Shown here piece by piece: positions 12,051 to 23,844 of a stretch of 64,000 bases of DNA. The position numbers were made by a program, and so were the translations under genes. Numbering within the stretch: the stretch's first letter is position 1; each line of letters opens with the position of its first letter. The notes beneath the pieces were generated by a model. That model had not been told where the DNA came from and made no database searches. It saw only the letters and a program-made list of their open reading frames with translations. This DNA is from Raillietiella orientalis (Eukaryota), in the NCBI GenBank assembly GCA_036172245.1, contig JAYWIR010000089.1, positions 1-64,000 on the forward strand. The letters are read 5' to 3'.

Positions 12051-12499
12051 CTCTTTGACTTGTGACTCGGAAGTGGTACTGATCACAGCATCTTGCTTGA
12101 AGGAACTCTATCGTTTTATGTACATTGCTATGATGACTGCGTCTGTGGAATGTCGAATTTGGAATGCAATTGAGTGTTTTTTCTTTTTTAATTTTCGAAA
12201 TAAATGTCTTCTGTTCGGAATGGTGGAGAGGATTCTTATGTGGCGGTATGAAAAGATCATTATTTTCAAGTTATAAAGATTGATAATAACTGGGGCACAA
12301 ATGCATTGGAGAATAAGTGCGGGATTTGTGTGAGAATTGGAAGACCATATTTCTGTACCATTTCGAATGTTACACAGCAAAGGATTGATTCTTATCGCAT
12401 TATTAATTAGAAGCTTTTCAATTTCATTAAAATTACTTATCTAATTTGATTTTATAATTTTGATTTTTATTAATCAGTAGATAAAATTGTGATCGGTTG

Positions 12500-13160
12500 C
12501 GCCAGTTTGCCTTCAAGACGAGGGCCTGCGCCCTTGTTTCCAGGCGGGTTGCATCTCCAGACCGCTCCAGACTTGGAACCTCGTCGTCTTCCAAGGACTA
12601 TGGCCGAGGCTGGAGTTAGCGCACCAGCAGGACACTGCCCGCGACCTGCTGCGGAGCCCCTTTAGCGACGGGCATTCGACGGGCGCGGCGATCGCAATGG
12701 TGAACGACTGCTGCCCTCTCCATCGTCACTGCCCACCACTTGCTGGAGACGATTTCAAGGCCAAAGGAGGTCACCGTGATGGCAGCCTCCTGCATGAAAG
12801 CAAGATGACCTCACCTGTAAGAAGTGAAAGAGGAGATTGCCGGCATCCAGCTCCAGGTTTGAAATGAAGGAACGGTGGACATCGGTGACCCTTGTTTCCT
12901 GCCACCCCTTTTTTTTTTTTTTTCCACATTTCTTAGTTTCTTTCGCTCCAGACATTCCCCGTTTTTTTTGCACATTTTTCCCGGCGTGCACAGAGTAAGA
13001 CCTTGCCCCATCCTCCCGGATTTCCGCATTTTTGTTTTTTTTGAGTTGTGCTCCTACCCCTTCCCCTATCCCGTTCCGGCGTTTTCGATATTTTGGCCTT
13101 CCCTCAGCTTCTGTTTCCGATTGGGAACTGCATCTTCCCGTCTGATTCATTCTCGATTCA
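12500..13160 (+). mobile_element. 3' terminal fragment of a LINE related to the 41590-43195 element
   Basis: 12690-12910 is similar at the nucleotide level to 42685-42920 and is followed by a T-rich UTR. Confidence 0.6.
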
Positions 13161-13299
13161 AGAAACGGAAAACTTCGCAGCTAACGACACCGAGGAATGA
13201 GAGCATCATTAAGAAGCATAAGTCGAAGCAGAGTGTGCACCGACACCCAGGTCGGGATCCCCAAAATTATTGAACGGAACGAAGAAGACAGTAAACAGA

Positions 13300-16200
13300 T
13301 GAATGAATAAAGGGAGGGTGGAAACGGGGGTCACGGGCCTCTCCTTTCTAGAACCGACGCTGGATGCCGGCGACCTCTCCCGGGAGCAGCAGCGACGGGG
13401 TCATCGAATCGCTCTCGCACGTGCCGACGAACCGCTGCATCTTCCGCCCATTGCAAGAACCCCAGCTCTCCTGCATCCTGAGGGCATCCGCTGGCCCGGC
13501 TGCGTCGATTCTTCCCGCGGGAACGCCTCACGCCTGCCTCAGCGATCGCGACCTTGTGTTGCGTTCGCGGTATCCTCACTGCCCTGGAGGCAACGATCCC
13601 TGTGCATCCACCCCCGCACACCTATATTATTAATTTGTTCACCCAGCTCTCCTCTCAGTGCGGCGGAGAATTCCTCCTCTTTTCCGGGAGCGTCGGCGAC
13701 TCCCTCCCAGCAGAACTTCTTTTTGGTTCCTCCTTTCCTTTGAGAGACACCAGGAGCCGCGCTCCCTGCTTGACGTGGTCTCATCTTTTTGTCAGAATGA
13801 GCGCCCCGGCTCACTCGGGTTGCTCAACCCTCTAAAGAAAGTCTTCGAATCAGTAGTGCCGGAGGGGATCGTCGGCTCAGTGGCCGCATGTGCTGCAGAC
13901 ATGGTCACCTGAGAAATAACGGAAGGGGAGGAACAGCCCGCATGCGGACGGAAAAAAACCATTGCTGAGGGCACCCATGAGGAGACACGAGGAGGCTGCG
14001 ACGTATGGCTGGATGTGTGACAAGGGTGTAGGGGAGACTGTCCACCGATCTGCGCTTCCCCATCAAATGCAGGTCTCAGCCGAATTGTGATGTTCTGAAC
14101 GAAAAGGTCAAAGAGGATTTCTTGCCGTATCCAGGGCAGACAACAGGGACCTCACAAGGAAGACCGTTCCGCAAGAACACATCCAAAGCAGCGTGTTGTT
14201 CCGCCTTGTAAACCTGGAGAGCAGCAACACTCCCTTCGAAGCCGCTTGCTCCTCTGCTGGAAGAGGAGCATCGGATGTCCGGATGGACCATCATCAGTTG
14301 GTTGTTCTCGCAAAATATGGCAGGAATTCCCTTGCCGGAGTAAACACCTTCTCTCGTTGTCAACATCGTATCGGACCTTGGATGACCTCTCGTGTGAAGC
14401 TGCAGAAAACCCCACGTCAGGAATCCTCGTTCCAGCGCAGCATCTTCTGGCGAGTCTTTCTTAGCCATCCATTCATTCATTCCCGAAATCAGTCGGGTCC
14501 GTATGACACTGCAGTGTTCCTGCTCTTCTGGCGAGCAAGCAAGATACAAACATTAAAGAGCGGACAAGAAAAAATAAAAAAAGCGCTTTGCCGGAGGAGG
14601 TCCCAGGGCCAAGGCGATTTCTCCCGAAAAACCTTTCTTCTTTCTCCACTCTTGAGGCTTCGGTTTTCCCTGAAAACTTTCCGGTGGTGTGCCGCGTTTC
14701 CTTCTGCGCAGCCACTGCGCACGGATTTTCCTGAGATCGGAATGACTTTTGCTCATCCTTCCTTGGGAAAGACGGGAAAGCTTAAGCAGCTATCAGTAGG
14801 AAAAGTGCCAATCAAGATCGCCAAAGACATTGTGCAGTTGCGTGGAAATCGGTATATGAATCCGTACTGAGCATACATATTCGTTCCTTCGAATCCTTAA
14901 AATGGAGATCAATAGATGCAACAATCTGTACATCACTTTCTGCAATAAGCAGATGCATTTGTTTTTGAGGTTTTCCATCAAATCCCATGCAGAGATCTCA
15001 GTTCTCCCATTCTGGAGTGGTCCAGGCACTTTTTCTGAAAAAAGTACAGCCTTATGATGTCGATTCTCCTTCTCGGAGGTTTCCCCGAGCAACGCCGTTC
15101 TTTTGAGAGTACTTCATCCCGATACGATGACAAATTCTTCTTAGAAACGAAACGCTGTGCACTCCAGAGTCGCCGTGGTTTCTTGGCCAAGGGGACGAGA
15201 AATCAAGGCGCTTCCTTCTTTTCTTCGCTTCCTTCTCTCCTGCTCCCTCCATGGGGAGCTGAGATCCGGTGTTCACTCGGTCTCGGTCCTGAAACTTCGG
15301 AAGCGAAACCCAGATGCCAACAGCAGAGCCAAGTGATGGCGTCGTGGAGGCCAGCACGGACCGACTGTCATTCACTGCGTCCACAAGCAAAAGTTTGTCG
15401 GACAAAACTTCTCGCCTTTTGAGCAGCCACCGCAAAAAAAAAAAAAGAGAGAGCATGCATGCTGCATGCTCACCGTTGCGCTCGCTTCCGAGGCAAAGAC
15501 GGAGAAAACATCGACCCTCCTGATGTTGTCCATTTGAGGATGCATACGAAGGATAGAGGCAGCACTTTGCCGTGGCACACGGCCGCACTGAGGGTCCCGA
15601 TGGCGGCTGCATCCGCTCAGACTTTCTCGTGACCTGCGCGGCGGGGGCCATATGACGAATGTCGCAGGTGAGCCCGTAGCCAGAGAGCCAGGACGGATTC
15701 CTGTTCCAGCAGCGGTCTACAGAATGGAAAACGGCTCGACTCAAAGATCTTCCTGCTTCTTCTGAGACGAGATCGGGTGCTGCTGGGATTCGGATGTAGG
15801 AAGGATTGCGTCCTTCGGATAGTCCCGCGTATGATGATGCTCGTGAGCAGAGCAGACCCTACGTGAGCAGGACGAGTGACGATGGAGCGGAAATTCGTAA
15901 GCTGCAATAAATTTCGGTTTCCATGGGTTTGACAGACGAGCAGTGCTCCGCGTTTTTTAGTGATGCCTTCAGCATTGAAGGCTAGTCGCTACCGTCTATG
16001 AGAGCAGCTCCTTTCCAGGTTTCTGACCTCTGGAAGGCGTTCCGGGAACCACCGCTGGAGCATCCATGCCTGCCGATCATTGGATAGGAATGCCTAGAAG
16101 CAGGGGGCAGTCGAAAGCGCCTGCAAGTGCGCCGGAAAAAGTCCTGTATCCAGCAAACCCTTCTCTAAAATCAGCTGAAAGAAGTCTTTCAGAAATAAAG

Positions 16201-17050
16201 CTGAAGATCGCAGCTCGACACAGCCGCAGACACCGTAAGTACCCAATCAGAGACCACCCCGTGCCCTCCTATCGGAGTGAGAGCTGCTCTGCACCACGAC
16301 ACAGGTCCGGCTCAGCTCCTCGGAAGTGGGAGGAACTTGATACTCCAGCGTAAGCAAGGCGGGGACTCCTCGAGCCGAAAGACATTTGGAGAGCGTAGGC
16401 CGAGCAGCTCGCGTGTTCCCTCCATCGTGCTGGAACAGTCGGACGACCCCGCCTGCTCAATGCCCCTCCAACCGCGCCAGTACCCCTCCGTTTTTCCGGT
16501 TCCCAGGTCGGAAGGTGCGAGAGGGGGGCGTCCTGAGCGAAGTGCAGTGCAGAAGGAAACCGCCTGCAAGAAGTCCTTGGTGCAACTGACAGCGCCATCA
16601 GAACACCGGAACGTAAAACCTAGCGTCGAGACGTGCGCATCACTTCCCATCCCATCCCGGAACGGGGAAACCAAGCAGATGGCACTTTATTGACCGGTAG
16701 CTTGCGGCTGGCGACGTCGAGGAGCACCCTCCGGAGGAACCTGCCGATCCTCCTCCTAGCGGCGGTCATCCGGGAGGGGAGGGTGCTGTGACGAATAGCA
16801 GAACCACCGCCCGCGCTGTTGCGGCCGTCGACGCTGGCGGACGGGTCGGAGCTGTTGCGGGCCGCCGTCCCGCTACTGCTGCTCGCGACAGTCAAAACGC
16901 CGCAGTCGAATCCTCCTCCATTGCCGGCTGTTCTGTGTCCGTCGCCAGAGGAACGTCTTTGGGGCGACAGGGATCGCACACCATGCCCCAATCTGCTCAG
17001 GGGCAGCCGCCGTTACTCGTGCCCACTCGTGGAACCTATCATATGGAGTG
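13300..17050 (-). mobile_element. Long decayed L1/Tx1-like ORF2 remnant (APE, RT, 3' end)
   Basis: APE-like LGFTFRCSDGAVS (~16600); RT-like LTNFRSIV...LLTSIIIRGTIRRTQSFLHPN (15780-15905). The reverse complement of 13300-13380 resembles the 3' end at 12830-12910. Confidence 0.5.
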
Positions 17051-17492
17051 CGGCTGATAGAGCTCCTTTGATTAATTTCTTATGGAAAAACGTCTGCAAA
17101 ATGCTTGAGCAATTCATCAACGGTCCTTCTTTTGATTAGATGACGAATGGCCATAGCAAGCGTCATACTTTAACTTGTGAGCACGTTCCATCACAGTAGG
17201 AGTCAATTTTCATTGGGCCTATTATTCCCCACTTGAGAGAAACGGAGCAGCTCACGTGAAATCATGGAATTGGTTTTCCGTGTGCCCAGGGAGCTTCTGT
17301 TCCCCAATGTGTGCTGGCAAGCGTGGAAACGCCTTTCATGCGGATGGCGCGGAGGTGCTCGTGGTTGCTCGAGTGTGCAGCACCAGTCGAATGGGCCTTT
17401 GAAATGAAAAATCCCAGCGAAGGTTGCGTAAGGTTCGTTTGTAGTTGCAGCCAGCGGAACTTAACGTTCCATCCCAAGCCGACGTTAAAAGG

Positions 17493-19504
17493 ATGAGTTG
17501 CTCATCGGAAAACCTCGAAATCCCTTCTCTCACGAGTTACCTGAAGACGTTTCCGCACTCGACGCTCCAGAAAATTTATTCTCACCCAACCTCGTGTGTT
17601 GTAGTGTTTCGGTACGAAAATGAATGAAATGTTGGCGCTGCACATTCGTCGTTGCTTCTTTGGAGTGTCGAGCTCGCAGTGATGTGCTTTATTTTCAGGG
17701 AGTTGTCCAGCCTTGCGCACGTGTACATTTATAGGTTGCTGTGCTTTGAGCAGTGTGTTTCTCAGGCGCTGATCGAGTCGTGGGCCGCCCACACATACAT
17801 CCAGTCAGTCTTGCAATTCTGTGAATTTTTTTATGATGACCTCATTCAGGGAACACCACGAAGTGGTGAAAGAATTATTCGATCTCTCGATATGGCAGCA
17901 TGTAATGATGCCTGGTGGACTACCCGGATTGGTTCTTAATCATACGTTCCGCCATAATTTCAAGGTTTTTCTGTTTGGAGGGTAAACTTGACTTACTAAT
18001 TTGGCTTTTCAAACTTTGCATCTGCAGTCATCCTAAATGAATGTAATTTGAATCGTAAACCTGCCAGATTCTGTGTGTATCAAGATACACACAGAATCTG
18101 CCTCTCTTGCTCTCCCTGTAAGGGGTGTTTTTCCGTACGTGCAATCGGATGAATACGAGATAACCAGTGTACTTTTCACAGGCAAGAAGCATGGAATCTT
18201 CAAGTACCTTTCACAGTGGATCCCCATGCAAAAAGTGTGGAGTTCCTGAATAATTATGCACAAGAACGCTGGGAGTGCATTTTGCATTACATGGTGGGAT
18301 CAATGCTTCAAGAAGGTGTATCTGCAGATGCAGTTGCCATTCTCTTGCATGCAGGATTAATGACAAGGTAAGAGTCAACCTCAGTTGATTGACCAGGAAC
18401 TTTCAAAATCTTGCACCCTCTTCTTGGATTGATCAAAGTGCATGTTCTGTGAAAGACCATGAAAAAGGCAGGTTGCATTCCCTTTAGCTGTGAAGATGAC
18501 AATCCACCCAAGATCACAGAGAAAGGGTTTAAGTTTGTCATGATGGACATAACTTCTCAATTGTGGTACTTCATTCTGCAGTACTTGGACACCAAAAGCG
18601 AGGAGGTTTTCATAGAGTGCCTTATTTTCCTGCTTCAGCTTAGTCTGTGTACACTGGGTAAAGTATGTTGTACATAATTTCAACTTAGTTTTCTATATTC
18701 TTACCATGTGGTAGGACTATAGTACAGAAGGGCTGTCAGAAGTGTTACAATCCTTTCTGCAACATTTGAGGGAATTTGGATTAGTCTGTCAACGTAAAGT
18801 GAGGTCTGCATCTGTTGAAGTAAATTTTCAAACTTCATTGATAGAGACGATGTGGGAGATTTTACCCTACACAGCTGGTCATCAACCTGACATCCTCCAA
18901 GCGAATAATAGAGCTGCATAACAAGAAAAGTGGTCAGCTGATTGTAGAAACCAACTACCGAGTGTATGCTTACAATCCTAGCCTTTTACAAGTTGCCTTA
19001 TTGAGTCTGTTTTGCGAACTACTTTACAAGTAAGTAATTTTGTGACCCATGCATAACTCTAAGGAAAAAAAAAAAAAAGATTCCCTAACATGACAGTTGC
19101 TCTGCTTACCCGAGACTCTGTTCAAAATGCATTCAGTAATGGCATTACAGCTGCCCAGATTTTGAAATTTTTACAAATCCATGCCCATCCAGTATGCTTG
19201 AAATCAGATTGTGTCATCCCAACAACTATTAGTGACCAGATCCAACTGTGGCAGTTGGAAAGAGAGAGGTAAGCAAGTGCAAGACTGTATGTAGATTCTT
19301 AACCACTCTTTTAGAATTGTGTGGCAGGAGGGTGTCCTGTATAATCAGTTCTTGTCACAGAATGACTTTGAATTGCTTTGTAGTTACAGTAGAGATGCTG
19401 GTTTGCTCATCTGGAGTAACAGTCAGAAACGAACCATGGTTGTAACGAAAAATGGTCACGACACTGTTAGAAAGTTCTGGAAAAAGCATTCCAAGCCTAT
19501 CTAA
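17493..19504 (+). CDS. GTF2H4: General transcription factor IIH subunit 4 (p52/Tfb2), multi-exon
   Basis: Exons encode [117 protein letters not shown] and VRKFWKK, collinear with p52. Confidence 0.96.
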
Positions 19505-19994
19505 CTATGGCAATCGTTTATTGGATTGCTTTACATACTGTTGAACAATCCATGCTACCATACGAGTCATCACCTTAGCTGAGCTTTTACCTATCCACAT
19601 TTGCATCATCCCCTCCTAGGATACTGTCAGCGTTCATAAAAAATTGAATTTTGCAACAAGCATGTGCTGGACTGCCAGTCCAAGCTTATGCTCCAAGAAT
19701 TCCCTAAAAGCATGCAACATGAAGGCGTTTTGTTTTTGCAAAAACCGGAAATTACGTCTCTAGCATTTGCTAGCTGCTGTTTTTGGAAAATACTTATGAT
19801 TCTAGATAGATGGAACATAGATGCTGCAAAAAACCGTCCGCAGCGAACGAAGACATCCTACTTCTGGGATAAAAGAGGTGTGTACATGTGACGTCAAGGT
19901 TCTTAAAGAGAAAAAGAACGAGTACGCATTTGACAAGATTGCTGATTCGTGTCTTTGTCACAACACTTTCAAACAGTGTCCAATAAAGCTGACT

Positions 19995-22717
19995 CTATTC
20001 ATTTTCGGCTTCGAGCGTTCTAGCATCCAAAGGTTTCAAACTACACAGATTCAGAAATCTCTTCACCATGGTTGTTTTCCACTGCATCAGCTGACTTTTG
20101 CGGACCTTCCCAGACCACTGCAAATTCCTCCTGATGGTTTGTCCCTGATAGTCACAAAACATGCTAACACATTCTACCAGTTGCTGTAAGAAGGTCTCAG
20201 GAATCTCATGCTTTTGAAACACTGGACAATGCAATTTGTGGATAGTTGCACCATTCTTCCAAGGGGAACATTCTTTTACTTGTAATAATTTCAACACGGA
20301 GTGCCGACATTGCAACAGTTTATCAGGGGGCTGAAAGTGTTCACACACAACATAAACTTCCGAATTTCCTGGTTTACTGCTTGCTGGTTTAAACACTTGC
20401 ACTTTGGGGAAAGAGCAAACCAACAAATACATTAAGCAAATTGTTTGACACTCGAATGTAGTAAATATTTTCAAAACAAAACATCCTCCCGCTTTAAGTG
20501 AATGTATTGCCAAAAGGATTTTGCAGAATTGTAGCTCATATGTCATTGATTCTTGACTTCCAGGATTTGAACTGCAGTCAATGCTCCCATCTGCAGTAAC
20601 CTAGGAAAGCCACACACAATACGTAACAGGTGATTCAAGCAAAGTATACCAAGTTTATCTCACCTATTTCGGAGAGCTGTCCCATGAGGTTGGACAGAAT
20701 TGTAATGTCACCTGTTTCATCTGCTCCAAACAACCAGCTATGGCATGTTTTCTCCATAAACCAGCTATCTGATGCAATGCAACTCTCAGTACCTCCTTGG
20801 CAGAAGGGATTCAAGCTGGAAGCTCCCCAGATCCACTTGTAGGGAAAAAAATTGCAAAATTATTTTGGAAGAAGCAATTCTGCCTTTACATCCAGTTCTA
20901 AACAGATATCTGCAAAGTTAGTTGTGTGTGTGTGCATTGTGATGAGCTTCAAGCTATTTGAATTCTGGATACTTGCCAGGAGAGCGTGTTTTGAAAAATT
21001 AACCTGATGCTGTTGACTAATCAATTTTCATATGAACAGATTAATCAGCAATTTATCAACCATCTGATTATTTTCAATCAAAAGGACAACTTTCCTGTTT
21101 CCCTTAATGCTATCAACATCAAAGTTCCAATTTTCATATTTTCAAAACTTTGCATCAATCAAGGAGGAAACAACTACATTCCTTGGTGCATAAAACACCT
21201 CTAAGGATGGTTTTACATGTTGATTTTAGATACTTATGAAAATGTGCCAAACTTACAGCATTGTAAGGTGTATCACACAGCATTAATACAAGCAATCCTC
21301 ATTACTATCTCAGTACATTTACAAATGTACTGTATTTTATCTTCAGTACATTTCCTGTACAAATCTCCATGCATTTTTCTTCAATGAATTGGATTTCATG
21401 ACCACAGTGACTTCCAATTTAGAATACTGTGAATCTGACACAAAGCTTTTAGCTCACACCCATAAAAATCCAGATCCCTGCAAAGACACCTGAACAGGAA
21501 ACATAACGTGGTCTCAACTGCATGCATTCAAGCATACAGCAGTGACCCCAAATATGTACAGTTCTAATACACTCAGAAATTCAAAATGCAGTGTATCAAA
21601 ATCCAACATACACTTCTTAAGAACAGTAAAATTTGCATCACAAATTACTCCAAATCCCATGGGGCTTCCCATTTTAACTCAAATAGGACTTCCAATTACA
21701 GGTATCATTATTTTGCAGATATTGCCTACCTTATAAACACATAGTTTATAGATATATTAACTACAGTTTCTAAGTGCAGCTTGTAAACTTAAAGCTGCCA
21801 TACTTCAGTAGCCAAAACACCCTCCAACTAAGGGTGTTGCTGACCTCATAGTGAGCAATTGTTTTTAAAATTTATATCTGAACAAATTAACCAAGCACCT
21901 AATATAAAGCATTCAAACAGCAACAAAATCAAATTGCCACTATTGAATAGAAATCCACAAAACTATGGAACCAGGACAGTGAAACTGTAAATGGAATTGC
22001 AAATGTACAGTAATTACAAGAATGCCTTTGATAAAATAAAAATAAACATACTTTGATGTTTGGGCAACATGTTTTCATATGATGGTTCAGAGCTGTAATG
22101 GAAGTACCAGGAGCTTCACATAAATGCACAGAACAGAATTCATCTGATGATTCGAGATTATTAAGAATTGGCAAACAATTTATAATTTCGGTAAACTCAC
22201 ACCAAGCCTTTAACGTAGAATTTTGGAAAGCATGAATACAAGTGGAAATATTGTAACAGACACACCATTTATCATTCCTTTCATAGAAACTTCACACACT
22301 TACAAGAATCATCAAGGATATTATTGCCTTGCAAATCTAGATGAAAAGCCCATGAAGAAATGAACAGGAAAAACAAAATTCATTCACTACCTGAGTGCAC
22401 AATTCAGCACCAAATTCTTGTTTACAAATCTGAATAAGTTTGCTGAAGTGAAGATAATTGGTATGCACATGCCACTTTTCAATATTCAAATTACTTAGAT
22501 CAGCCTTTGCAGCATTGAACTCACTTTTCAACTCCTCAAGTACTGGAATCTGAAGTCATGATTTAAATGCATGCATAAGATAGCCATGAGTATACCTTCC
22601 ATACATTGTTTACATTACACTGTGTTCACTGTTCACTATCACTGCATTCCCATCTTCTTTTGGGCAATCAAATACATATAGTGTGTTAAATGCATCAGTA
22701 ACATGAAAATATTTCAT
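19995..22717 (-). CDS. CMTR2: Cap-specific mRNA 2'-O-methyltransferase 2-like (FTSJD1/adrift); exons ~22717-22619 (uncertain), 22549-22391, 22207-22052, 20835-20650, 20600-19995; about 400 aa
   Basis: KWHVHT, AELCTQAWCEF, VHLCEAPG, ASSLNPF, WLFGADETGDI, VTADGSIDC, GGCFVLKIFTTFE and FKPASSKPGNSEVYVVC. The first catalytic Lys is replaced by Glu. Confidence 0.9.
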
Positions 22718-22844
22718 GATTCAATGCATGTGGATATGGCAAATGAGGTACAAATGAAAGAGGACGACAAATCAGAAAACAGATTGCTCTGAGATGGTTT
22801 ATTTCCAAGTCATATCTTTAATTTATGAACACAAATGTCATGAT

Positions 22845-22915
22845 TGGAAAAACAAAGCATCCAACATAACTTCTTCCACTTTCAAGTTATGTTTTCATTA
22901 TTTAATTTCCTATCA
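22845..22915 (-). promoter_or_regulatory. SECIS element in the SELENOF 3' UTR
   Basis: The minus strand reads AUGA-A-AACAUAACUU-GAAAGUGGAAG-AAGUUAUGUU-GGAU: AUGA/GA core, perfect 10-bp helix, unpaired AAA in the apical loop. AAUAAA follows at 22803-22798. Confidence 0.88.
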
Positions 22916-22944
22916 TAATACAGTTCACAAACCTAAAAAGAACT

Positions 22945-23844
22945 TTAATTTTCCAAATGTACTGACAAAAACTCTTTTATCGAATCGGTGTCCCATTTGT
23001 CAATTGGAAGAGTGTCTTTCACCTCACCAGCATCATTGACAAGCTTAAGAATGGGACTGGAACCACGTTTATATGTTACTGCTAAATTTTTGAATTCTTT
23101 ATGGTGGTTTCCTTTCACAAAGGCTGCAAAAATAAATTGCGATAAGTAAGGTGCATGTAATAAATCACGCCTTTCAACCAAAGCAAACATTCTGTAACTG
23201 CAAGCCCTAAATTTCGTACACATGCTGCACACTTGTGATCAAACAAACGATGCAGTACACGTTAAAACAAAACACGAAAAACGTCTTGTTTTACAGAACA
23301 ACCGTAACCAACAGAGCAAGCAAAAGCTAACCCACAAAAGCATTCCAAAAAGATCTCGCAAAGCATTAAAAGATCATACCTCCCACGTGTGGGTATGCCC
23401 TCAACTTTCAGGAACACACTTCAAGAATTGCCCTTGGAAACCTCTCAGGTATTTTTCTCTTATCTTCCTTCTGACAGCATTCCAGACACCGAGGTCTACA
23501 ATTCAGAACATTGTCATGAAGAGGCTTGGAACCGCGTTTGTTACACTGGACTCAATTGATGACGAATGAGGACGATGATCAAGTTCAAAATGAAATACTT
23601 GCCCAAGTTCTTCCAAGTTCAGATGCTCCAACACGCTGCATGATGAACACAACAGATTCGCTTTGTTAAAACCAACCTGCCAACACTCATCGACAGTCAA
23701 AGACGAAATGGCCCTCTCAATCTTAGAAAGGAAGGGGGGGGGAGGGCAGGGGCAATCGCCAGAATATCAGAGGGAAGGGAAAGTGCTACTTACTATATTG
23801 GAGAGTACTGCTGAAAATGCCCAGACCGACACCGTGAGCCACAT
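22945..23844 (-). CDS. SELENOF: Selenoprotein F (Sep15), 4 exons 23844-23794, 23721-23603, 23495-23380, 23123-22945; 154 aa with Sec (TGA at 23410-23408)
   Basis: Signal peptide; ECWQVGFNKANLLCSSC; CLECCQ; RAILEVCS-TGA-KLRAYPHVGAFVK (CxU motif); YKRGSSPILKL; IDKWDTDSIKEFL; downstream SECIS. Intron 2 is GC-AG. Confidence 0.96.

Noticed and set aside
22590..22660. Apparent frameshift/TGA in CMTR2 exon 1 near a 7-bp duplication (gtgaaca x2)
   Set aside because: An alternative donor (AGT|gtaatg, ~22618) joins the ATG frame to exon 2 in phase, so no lesion is required. The exon remains uncertain.
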